DNA of 64,000 nucleotides from Bacteroidales bacterium. GTDB taxonomy: Bacteria; Bacteroidota; Bacteroidia; Bacteroidales; VadinHA17. Shown here one piece after another: positions 51,325 to 59,129 of the stretch. Below the pieces are notes generated by a model. That model was not told the origin of the DNA and made no database searches. It worked only from the letters and a program-made list of their open reading frames with translations. Every line of letters starts with the position of its first letter. The first letter of the stretch is position 1. The position numbers and the translations under genes were made by a program. The stretch is from contig JASJGS010000121.1 of NCBI GenBank assembly GCA_033791445.1, forward strand, positions 7,938-71,937. The letters are read 5' to 3'.

Positions 51325-53978
51325 TTTAGTTTCCTTGCCAGCACACAAGACTGTTTGTAAGCCTTTACTTCTCCTCTTGTATTAAAAACCTCAATGAAAA
51401 ATACATAGATACCAATACTGGCTTTTTCGCCTGAATCGTTTTCACCATCCCACAGAAAACTTCCAGATGTACCTAACAGCTCATTATTTTTAAGGTACCT
51501 GACTTTGCGACCCTGCGAATCAAAAACCACTACGCTGGCAATGTAACCTGGTTCACCAAAATCATAAAAAACCTGTGCAAAGTCGTTGTAGCCATCGTTA
51601 TCCGGAGAAAAAACTTCTGGTTCAACCCAAACATCAGCTGTAGATTCAGAATCAGATGTGTATTGAGAATTTCTAATCCCCGGCGTAGCATATCCAACAG
51701 TCTCAGCTGCAGAATGCCAGTTGGATGCATCCATAGTTGTCATATCATAATTTAATCTCTCCAGGGATACACCCTCTACATCATGTAGGAGTGAAAAATG
51801 CATTTGTTCATTATATGTAAACTCATCTATTATTGTAAACCATTTGTCTAATAAGACAACATTACCCTCCACGTTAGAGTATGCCGGTATATCATTTAGC
51901 TTAATAAAACTGTAAGGATCTGATGCAGGATATTGATCAATTACAATTTGCGGTTCCAGGGTAAGTACCAAATAGCCATTTGGCATTATCAATTGAGGGG
52001 AACTACTTACTTCACATAATGACTTAAGCTCCCATGAATTATCATCACGGGTAGCGATTTTCAATTCTCCAGCATCTAATATCTTATCAGACCTGTTGTA
52101 TATCTCTACAAAATCAACACCCACGTCTCTAGGATTAAACAAGACCTCATTTATAACAAGATCAAGGCTGTCAATTATTTCAGGTATGCCAAACTCAAGA
52201 TAGTCTTTCTCTCCTATCCTATTACCAGCGCAATCAAGAAATTCATTTTCAATAAGCAGTGTATATATAATCCCTTTTTTAAAAGCTTTGGTATAAACCA
52301 GTTGCAATTTTGTAAAACCCGGCCCTAACAACCTTATATACAAAGGATTATCAAATGCATGATCGACACTAAATAGTTCCTTCTGTATAGCTACATCACG
52401 GTTGTAGGGTTCATTAAAATGTACCTCAACAATCGTATCATCTACCACATAGGCTTTCCATGCTTCTGGTGGCAGGAAATCCGGATTAGACTTAGTAATA
52501 GAATTTATTTGGCCCGGGGTTCCTCCATTTCTATCCGTTGAAGCTTTCCAGTTTTCAAAACCTATACATGGATAAGCTGGATCAATTTGCTCTATTGACC
52601 AGCCTCCATCCTTCTTAAAATCATCATGATACCAATCTGAATTATAAGAGATAAAAGAGATTACCCGGTCTAAAGAATCAGACAATATGATATCCTGTCC
52701 GAGATTTGTCAGAACAGGCATACCGATAATACCTGTAACCTGGCCATATGGACTGAATTTCAAGGTGTCCATGCTTGAGCACAAAATCAAATGCTCATTT
52801 GCTGGTATACATATTTCAGGAATTTCTTTTTCCTGGGTGCCTATAGTAATTGTCCATTTATCAAGGCAAACTTCATAACCGTTGTTGTTTAATAGTTCTA
52901 AATATTCAGCTCCGGGCAAGCCCACCGATGGATCGGGATCAGCCATGATTTCGTTTATTAAAACGCTATTTGGCTTTACTTCATAATAAAAGAATTCTCT
53001 TCTTAAAGGCTCTGATTGTTGATTTCCTGAGAGATCAATTATGTTAGATACTTCAAGATTATAGTTGGTTTCATTTATAAATTCAAGTCTGAATTTTATT
53101 CGTACAGACTTATTACTTGTTTTGGATAAAGAATAAGGGTGTAAACTTTCATTTACCAGGTAGAAATTAAGTGTATCCAGAAGGGATGGATCTAAAATAG
53201 GCTCATTAAAGAAAATTTCTACTTCATTTTTTGATTTAATCTTCAAATCTTCTACCTGGGGAGCAATAGTGTCCTTAATAAATACACCTGAAATTGAAAG
53301 TTCATCCAACCAAAATTTTTGATCCTGGCTTGATGAATACTCATAATAGACTCCAAAGTTCCCAGGGTAAATAACGCCTTCACTTTGAATATTACCTACC
53401 TCGACCATTTCATTATAACTATTACTAGCGTAAAAAAATACTGTCCACAGGCCACTTTCGGTGCGGGTTACTTTAATAGCTGAGGTTGAATCAACTGGAA
53501 CCTCATTCTGCCAATTAATACTGGTTTCCAACAGAGTCGTGATGGTCCCATCTACAAACTTCCAAAGTTTGAGAATATCATCTGAGCCTGTATAATTTAC
53601 CCCAACTGCGTATCCATTATTACTCGCCCCAGGAAACATTTCCTGTGCCTTTGAATCAGAGATAAGATGTATAGCCCAATTATTTGAAGAGGACGGTTGA
53701 TAGCTGTGTCGGACTTTAAACTGCCAGGTAGTTAAACCTTGATCCAATCGTAAATCAACAATTGGAATAGATATCTGATCATGATCTGAAATCGAATTAT
53801 CGAAAGTGTGATGGAGAGAATATGATCCGGAAATAGGCAACTGACTTCCAGCCTCCCACCGCCCGGCGGTACTTTGCTCCCACTCAGTCAGACTGTTGCT
53901 TTCAAAATCCCAGGTAACCTGGCCAAATAATGAAGATGAAACAAACCAAAGTAGGAGGAAAAGTTTTCTCATAAGCAA
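51321..53978 (-). CDS. Large secreted lamin-tail-domain (LTD) protein with T9SS type-B-like C-terminal domain
   Basis: Signal peptide. Two LTD-like blocks are present (LINEIMADPDP...EYLELLN and VINEVLFNP...DFVEIYN). The C-terminus FSPDNDGYND...WDGENDSG...GIYVFFIE resembles the gliding/T9SS C-terminal sorting domain. Confidence 0.65.
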   Translation of the reverse strand: MLMRKLFLLLWFVSSSLFGQVTWDFESNSLTEWEQSTAGRWEAGSQLPISGSYSLHHTFDNSISDHDQISIPIVDLRLDQGLTTWQFKVRHSYQPSSSNNWAIHLISDSKAQEMFPGASNNGYAVGVNYTGSDDILKLWKFVDGTITTLLETSINWQNEVPVDSTSAIKVTRTESGLWTVFFYASNSYNEMVEVGNIQSEGVIYPGNFGVYYEYSSSQDQKFWLDELSISGVFIKDTIAPQVEDLKIKSKNEVEIFFNEPILDPSLLDTLNFYLVNESLHPYSLSKTSNKSVRIKFRLEFINETNYNLEVSNIIDLSGNQQSEPLRREFFYYEVKPNSVLINEIMADPDPSVGLPGAEYLELLNNNGYEVCLDKWTITIGTQEKEIPEICIPANEHLILCSSMDTLKFSPYGQVTGIIGMPVLTNLGQDIILSDSLDRVISFISYNSDWYHDDFKKDGGWSIEQIDPAYPCIGFENWKASTDRNGGTPGQINSITKSNPDFLPPEAWKAYVVDDTIVEVHFNEPYNRDVAIQKELFSVDHAFDNPLYIRLLGPGFTKLQLVYTKAFKKGIIYTLLIENEFLDCAGNRIGEKDYLEFGIPEIIDSLDLVINEVLFNPRDVGVDFVEIYNRSDKILDAGELKIATRDDNSWELKSLCEVSSSPQLIMPNGYLVLTLEPQIVIDQYPASDPYSFIKLNDIPAYSNVEGNVVLLDKWFTIIDEFTYNEQMHFSLLHDVEGVSLERLNYDMTTMDASNWHSAAETVGYATPGIRNSQYTSDSESTADVWVEPEVFSPDNDGYNDFAQVFYDFGEPGYIASVVVFDSQGRKVRYLKNNELLGTSGSFLWDGENDSGEKASIGIYVFFIEVFNTRGEVKAYKQSCVLARKLN

Positions 53979-54003
53979 AAAGCTGAAATACTTTAATTTA
54001 ATC

Positions 54004-54011
54004 TAACTTTG
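54004..54011 (+). promoter_or_regulatory. Bacteroidota -7 promoter box TAACTTTG, 113 nt upstream of asd
   Basis: Exact TAnnTTTG match. The implied leader is unusually long for this window. Confidence 0.35.
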
Positions 54012-54123
54012 CAGTATCAAAATATGGCTGCAAAACTTAATTAACCTGTTTGATGAAATTCTTTTTACGGAAAAAGGCAAATTGGGTTTTCAAAAAGGAT
54101 GAAAAAATATTAACAATTAACAT

Positions 54124-55113
54124 ATGAAAGTTGCTGTTGTAGGTGCTACCGGATTAGTAGGAAAAACAATGATTCAATTGCTTGAGGAAAGGAATTTCCC
54201 CCTTACTGATTTTATGCCTGTTGCATCAGATAAGCCTGGCAAGAGATTTGTTTCATTCTGGAACCAATCGTATCCCATACAATCTATTAAGGATGCACTT
54301 GAATTTAAGCCAGATATTGCTCTTTTCTCAGCTGGTTCAGAATTATCACTTCAAATAGCTCCTGAATTTGCATCCATTGGTACTGTTGTAATTGATAATT
54401 CCTCAGCATGGCGGATGGATTCTACGAAAAAACTTGTAATTCCTGAAATAAATGAAGAAGTACTAACATCAAAGGATAAAATTATTGCAAATCCTAACTG
54501 TTCAACTATTCAGATGCTAATGGTTATAGCACCCCTTCATATGGCATTCAGCATTGATAGAATAGTTGTTTCTACATACCAGTCTGTTAGTGGATCGGGA
54601 ATCAAAGCCATTAACCAGTTAAATTCAGAGCGTCTTGGCAAAACTGATTCTAAATTCTACCCTCATCAGATCGACAGGAATTGTCTACCTCATATAGATG
54701 TTTTTGAAGAAAACGGTTATACGAGGGAAGAAATAAAAATGGTAAAAGAATCATTAAAGATATTGAACGATCCTAATATTGGAATTACTGTCACAGCTGT
54801 GCGGGTTCCGGTAATAGGAGGACATTCTGAGTCAGTAAACCTGGAATTTAAACAAGCCTTTGACCTGAAGGATATTTATGCCATTTTGAATAATACACCT
54901 GGTGTTAATGTAGTTGATGATCCAAGCCAAAATAAGTACCCAATGCCCATAGATGCAGAAGGAAAAGATGAGGTATTGGTTGGCCGGATAAGGATTGATG
55001 AGTCGAGGAAAAACAGTTTAAACCTATGGATTGTTGCGGATAATCTACGAAAAGGAGCAGCCACAAATACTATTCAAATTGCAGAATCACTTATTAAGAA
55101 AGGCTTAGTATAA
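54124..55113 (+). CDS. asd: Aspartate-semialdehyde dehydrogenase
   Basis: VAVVGATGLVG N-terminus and active-site NPNCSTI. Confidence 0.92.
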   Translation: MKVAVVGATGLVGKTMIQLLEERNFPLTDFMPVASDKPGKRFVSFWNQSYPIQSIKDALEFKPDIALFSAGSELSLQIAPEFASIGTVVIDNSSAWRMDSTKKLVIPEINEEVLTSKDKIIANPNCSTIQMLMVIAPLHMAFSIDRIVVSTYQSVSGSGIKAINQLNSERLGKTDSKFYPHQIDRNCLPHIDVFEENGYTREEIKMVKESLKILNDPNIGITVTAVRVPVIGGHSESVNLEFKQAFDLKDIYAILNNTPGVNVVDDPSQNKYPMPIDAEGKDEVLVGRIRIDESRKNSLNLWIVADNLRKGAATNTIQIAESLIKKGLV

Positions 55114-56361
55114 AAGGTCATTATAAGGATACCTTTTCACATGGATTTCTTTTATCCTACTGTAGATATCTTCCTTAAAATTCTCAATATTCTTTTTTTC
55201 CTTCGCTGAAATAAAAATGCATGGATGATTCTCCCTTGCCATCCAGGTATTTGTAAGTTCCTCAAGAGTCAGGTTTTCTTTTGTCCTGGGAGTCAGGTCA
55301 TCATCATCTTTCGAAATATGTGAATATGCATCAATCTTATTAAAAACCAAATAAGTAGGCTTATCCGTTGCCCCTAATTCGTTCAAAGTATTCCTTACAA
55401 TGCTAATCTGATCTTCAAACCCAGAATGTGAAATATCAGCAACATGTATCAACATATCTGCTTCACGGACCTCATCTAATGTTGATTTAAAAGACTCCAC
55501 CAAGTGATGTGGTAGCTTCCTGATAAATCCTACTGTATCAGACAATAAAAAAGGAAGATTATTGATAACCACTTTTCTTACAGTGGTATCCAGTGTAGCA
55601 AAAAGTTTGTTTTCAGCAAAAATATCTGATTTACTGAGGAGGTTCATTATAGTAGATTTACCCACATTGGTATATCCTACCAAGGCAACGCGGACCATCT
55701 TCCCCCGGTTTTTTCTTTGCGTTGCTTTCTGTTTATCTATTTTCTTAAGCTGATCTTTTAGCTTAGCAATTTTATCCCGAATAATCCTTCTATCGGTTTC
55801 AATTTCCGTTTCACCTGGCCCTCTGAGCCCTATACCTCCTCGCTGTCTTTCCAGGTGAGTCCACATTCGGGTTAACCTCGGTAGAAGATACTGATATTGA
55901 GCAAGCTCAACCTGCACTTTGGCATGGGCAGTCTTGGCTCTTCCGGCAAAAATATCAAGGATTAGGTTGGTACGATCAAGCACCCTGCGATCTAGTTTCT
56001 TTTCAATGTTCCTTAACTGACTAGCTGTAAGCTCATCATCAAATATTACCAGATCAATTTTTTCTTCATGAATAAACTTTTCTATTTCCTCCAGTTTACC
56101 TTTTCCTACAAAATACTTAGGATTTGGAAATTCCAGATTCTGAACAAATGTTTTTATAGGTTGTGCTCCGGCTGTTTCGGCAAGAAATGCCAATTCCTTC
56201 AGGTATTCCTGAACCTCCTGCCCCCCCCTATCACTTGTTGTAATACCTACTAATACAGTTCGGGTATGTTGATCTTCATTTTTAGCCTTTTCTATCATTA
56301 TAGTTCCTCTCTCAAAATCTGCTTGCAATTTTAAGAAATCAGAATGATAAAACCTAGGCAA
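55105..56361 (-). CDS. hflX: GTPase HflX
   Basis: G1 motif GYTNVGKST, DTVGFI and NKID. The alternative start at ATG 56298 (MIEKAKNED...) is at least as likely. Confidence 0.88.
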   Translation of the reverse strand: MPRFYHSDFLKLQADFERGTIMIEKAKNEDQHTRTVLVGITTSDRGGQEVQEYLKELAFLAETAGAQPIKTFVQNLEFPNPKYFVGKGKLEEIEKFIHEEKIDLVIFDDELTASQLRNIEKKLDRRVLDRTNLILDIFAGRAKTAHAKVQVELAQYQYLLPRLTRMWTHLERQRGGIGLRGPGETEIETDRRIIRDKIAKLKDQLKKIDKQKATQRKNRGKMVRVALVGYTNVGKSTIMNLLSKSDIFAENKLFATLDTTVRKVVINNLPFLLSDTVGFIRKLPHHLVESFKSTLDEVREADMLIHVADISHSGFEDQISIVRNTLNELGATDKPTYLVFNKIDAYSHISKDDDDLTPRTKENLTLEELTNTWMARENHPCIFISAKEKKNIENFKEDIYSRIKEIHVKRYPYNDLLY

Positions 56362-56404
56362 TTTAAAGTTACAGCCTTAGAGAAGGCAAAAAAAACAAAA
56401 ATGT

Positions 56405-57574
56405 TTAATTGATATATCTTCTATTACTTTGCATTATACCCCGTATAGCCATTTTTAATGATTCGCTACATCGCATTATCATCTCGCTATCCATTGGAAA
56501 TGGAACAGGTTCAGATTCTACCATTATTAAAGACTCAGGTGAAAGAGCATCTAAATCACCTACAGCCCTGGCAGAATAATGTTCAAAATGACTATCAGCA
56601 CCAATAGGATCTTTTCTTAAAAGTTTTATAGGCGTCATCTGGTAAATTTCCACGGTACCCTCGATATGAGAGGATTTTTTCATGCCAGTTTCAATTACAG
56701 TACATGTAATATCCTTGTATTTCATAATTTTAATATCATTGCCCACAGTATCTTTCATAACGTTCCCATTCTGATCCAGGGCATATTGAAAACCATCATC
56801 GATGGTTGCTTTTTCGATCCTGTCAGTCTCTTTAACCTGATCCGGGCTAACATCCATTAAGCGAAGTATTACTTTTACCTGGTAATCATATTGAATCTCA
56901 TCATCAAGTGCACGTGTATAATACTCAACCCAATCAGAATTTAGGTCCTGGGGATTTATTGCTAGAAGATCGTCCTCAAATTCCTTTGACAAGCGAAGCG
57001 GAGTCATGTTCTCTATATAGACCAATGCCCGACTCATCCCCATATATCTTGTTTCCGATAAAAGATTATCAATATTTTCATAGTCACCCCAGTATTCTTT
57101 CACTTTTGAAAACTCATAATATGCTTGCCTGTATGATTCTTTATCATTGCTATTCATAAGCTTCTGCCCATGGGCGAAAAAGAATTCTGCAGCTCTATGT
57201 TTAGCTTCCACCAAATCACTATTGTAATCAACATAATCAAGTTTAACCTCATGGCCATTTAATTCTAATGGCATAACAGGCCGAATCATTTCCTGCCTCC
57301 ATTTTAGACGTTCATAACTCTGAGCTATTGCTTCCCAACTTTCAGCTTTTCCTTCCATTTTCAGGTACTTAATTCTTTCCTGATCCTGTGTATTGGCTAG
57401 TTTAAATGAACGAGTTAAGATTTCAATGTCATCTGAACTATCAGGATTACGCATCAACTTTTTCACAGATTTCTGGATTGCTGCATCATAATTCCCCTGT
57501 TGAAGTTGTTTCTTTGAGGATCCACACCCTGTTAAAATAAGGGTAGCAATAATTACATAAACTATTTTTCTCAT
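56405..57574 (-). CDS. Hypothetical lipoprotein
   Basis: Signal peptide with lipobox LTGC. 389 aa, with no recognised domain. Confidence 0.55.
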   Translation of the reverse strand: MRKIVYVIIATLILTGCGSSKKQLQQGNYDAAIQKSVKKLMRNPDSSDDIEILTRSFKLANTQDQERIKYLKMEGKAESWEAIAQSYERLKWRQEMIRPVMPLELNGHEVKLDYVDYNSDLVEAKHRAAEFFFAHGQKLMNSNDKESYRQAYYEFSKVKEYWGDYENIDNLLSETRYMGMSRALVYIENMTPLRLSKEFEDDLLAINPQDLNSDWVEYYTRALDDEIQYDYQVKVILRLMDVSPDQVKETDRIEKATIDDGFQYALDQNGNVMKDTVGNDIKIMKYKDITCTVIETGMKKSSHIEGTVEIYQMTPIKLLRKDPIGADSHFEHYSARAVGDLDALSPESLIMVESEPVPFPMDSEMIMRCSESLKMAIRGIMQSNRRYIN

Positions 57575-57645
57575 GATAAAAACCTTTCCAAGTTATTTAG
57601 TACTAAGAATTACGAAATAACTGTAATAAGGTTACTTAAGAGCAC

Positions 57646-57670
57646 AAAAAAACCCCGGATTACTCCGGGG
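57646..57670 (-). terminator. Rho-independent terminator after the tonB-like gene
   Basis: On the minus strand: ccccgga-gtaa-tccgggg followed by seven T. Confidence 0.75.
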
Positions 57671-57691
57671 TCCATTTTGTGTATGCTATAT

Positions 57692-58378
57692 TTATTGTAA
57701 AACAAAGTTTATTGGGAATGTAAAGGAAACCCTTACTGGTTTTCCTCTCTGTTTTCCTGGAGCCCATTTTGGTGATGATTTAACAACCCTGATAGCTTCT
57801 TTATCAAGGGCTGGATCAACTCCACGAACGATACCTACATTTGAAATAGATCCATCAGGTTCAATAACAAATTTTACAAATACTCGGCCACTAATACCAT
57901 TCTCAGCAGCAATTTCTGGATATTGTAAGTTGTTACCTATATAGGTTCTGAAACCGTCCTGACCTTTACCCTGGAAACTGGGCATATCCTCAACAATGAA
58001 GAAAATCTCAGCTTCTTCTTCCTCTTCTTCCTCTTCTGAAAACTCCATGATTTCAATTTCACTTTCCTGGTCTACTTCAAAGTCTTCCAGTTGCAATTCA
58101 TCTTCCAATACTACATCATCTTCAACAATTTGAAGAACTTCAGTAACCTTGGGAGGTTCTGGTGGCTTCGGAGGCTCAGGTTGTTCTTGACGGGTGATTG
58201 GAATAATTTCTTCTTCAATCTGCTCTGAATCTCCAGTATCGAATTCATTTGCAGATAGACCGCCGCTTGTCCACTCAAAAGCGATCAGCATTAGAGATAG
58301 GGCTATTACAAGGCCCAACTGAAAGAAAACACCTTTTCTTTTTTCAAGGTTTACCCGATCATTTTTCTTTAGTTCCAT
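57692..58378 (-). CDS. tonB: Energy transducer TonB
   Basis: N-terminal TM helix, a Pro-rich PEPPKPPEPPK segment, an acidic EEEEEEEE stretch, and a C-terminal TonB_C pattern (GRVFVKFVIEPDGSISNV). Confidence 0.85.
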   Translation of the reverse strand: MELKKNDRVNLEKRKGVFFQLGLVIALSLMLIAFEWTSGGLSANEFDTGDSEQIEEEIIPITRQEQPEPPKPPEPPKVTEVLQIVEDDVVLEDELQLEDFEVDQESEIEIMEFSEEEEEEEEAEIFFIVEDMPSFQGKGQDGFRTYIGNNLQYPEIAAENGISGRVFVKFVIEPDGSISNVGIVRGVDPALDKEAIRVVKSSPKWAPGKQRGKPVRVSFTFPINFVLQ

Positions 58379-58588
58379 TTTGATAAAATTTAGTGGCTAA
58401 AAATAGTTATTTCTTGATTTAAAATCAAATGATTCCAAATTTGTTTTTGAAAATCTGCAATAAAAACTATATTTTTTACTCACTATATAGGCCACAAAAA
58501 TCAGTCCAAAATTCAGGTTTTCAGAATAAAAATTACTGATTAATGAAATAAATTCATTACTATTTTTTCTGTAGAATTTGTTTTTTGT

Positions 58589-58596
58589 TATTTTTG
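58589..58596 (+). promoter_or_regulatory. Bacteroidota -7 promoter box TATTTTTG upstream of the truncated tRNA-Ala 5' copy
   Basis: TAnnTTTG match 23 nt upstream of position 58619. It is 197 nt upstream of the intact tRNA. Confidence 0.4.
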
Positions 58597-58609
58597 CATC
58601 CTGTTTTCA

Positions 58610-58634
58610 TTGAAATATGGGGCATTAGCTCAGT
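58610..58634 (+). repeat. 25-nt direct repeat, copy 1 (9 nt of upstream flank plus first 16 nt of tRNA-Ala)
   Basis: ttgaaatatggggcattagctcagt is identical to 58784-58808. Confidence 0.9.
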
Positions 58635-58669
58635 CCCGATAAAATTGAAATCTTTGATTTCTTAATTTA

Positions 58670-58700
58670 TCGAGGATCCTCGAAACATCATGATGTTTCG
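58670..58700. repeat. Two overlapping perfect palindromes
   Basis: tcgaggatcctcga (58670-58683) and cgaaacatcatgatgtttcg (58681-58700). Both are self-complementary by hand check. Confidence 0.9.
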
Positions 58701-58783
58701 GGATTGGAAAGTATAATTGAGCAAAGCTTTGTGAATTTACGGAACTAGAGCAGGCGGAAATTCTTTGAGATTAATGATGTTAT

Positions 58784-58808
58784 TTGAAATATGGGGCATT
58801 AGCTCAGT
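58784..58808 (+). repeat. 25-nt direct repeat, copy 2 (overlaps the 5' end of the intact tRNA-Ala)
   Basis: Identical to 58610-58634. Confidence 0.9.
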
Positions 58809-58866
58809 TGGCTAGAGCGTTTGACTGGCAGTCAAGAGGTCATCGGTTCGATTCCGATATGCTCCA
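58793..58866 (+). tRNA. tRNA-Ala (anticodon GGC)
   Basis: Hand-folded: acceptor GGGGCAT/ATGCTCC with G3:U70, D stem GCTC/GAGC, anticodon stem TTTGA/TCAAG with loop CTGGCAG, T arm ATCGG-TTCGATT-CCGAT, discriminator A. 74 nt, with no encoded CCA. Confidence 0.9.
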
Positions 58867-58957
58867 CACAGATAATCAAAGGGTTACAGTCGTTCAGATT
58901 TGTAACCCTTTCTTTTTTGCCAGAAATTTGCCAGACAGCTGATGAGAAGGGCGATTA
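58825..58957 (+). repeat. Left copy of the ~133-nt direct repeat (tRNA-Ala 3' 42 nt plus terminator plus TTGCCAG pair)
   Basis: It aligns with 62623-62755. The tRNA part is 40/42 identical. The downstream part is roughly 85% identical by hand alignment. Confidence 0.85.
58878..58918 (+). terminator. Rho-independent terminator after tRNA-Ala
   Basis: Perfect 11-bp stem aaagggttaca/tgtaacccttt with a 12-nt loop, followed by ctttttt. Confidence 0.75.
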
Positions 58958-59129
58958 CGCTCATCATTTTATCTCCTTTTTTAACTCAACGAACTGAAAA
59001 TCCCCATAGTAGTATAGTACAATTTAAGCTACATAATCTGTATATTTACTCATATACCGCTATTGGCGGTAGAATATAAGTCTTACTCATAAGTCTATGA
59101 ATTAGTATTAACAAAAAGGATGTTGAGCA

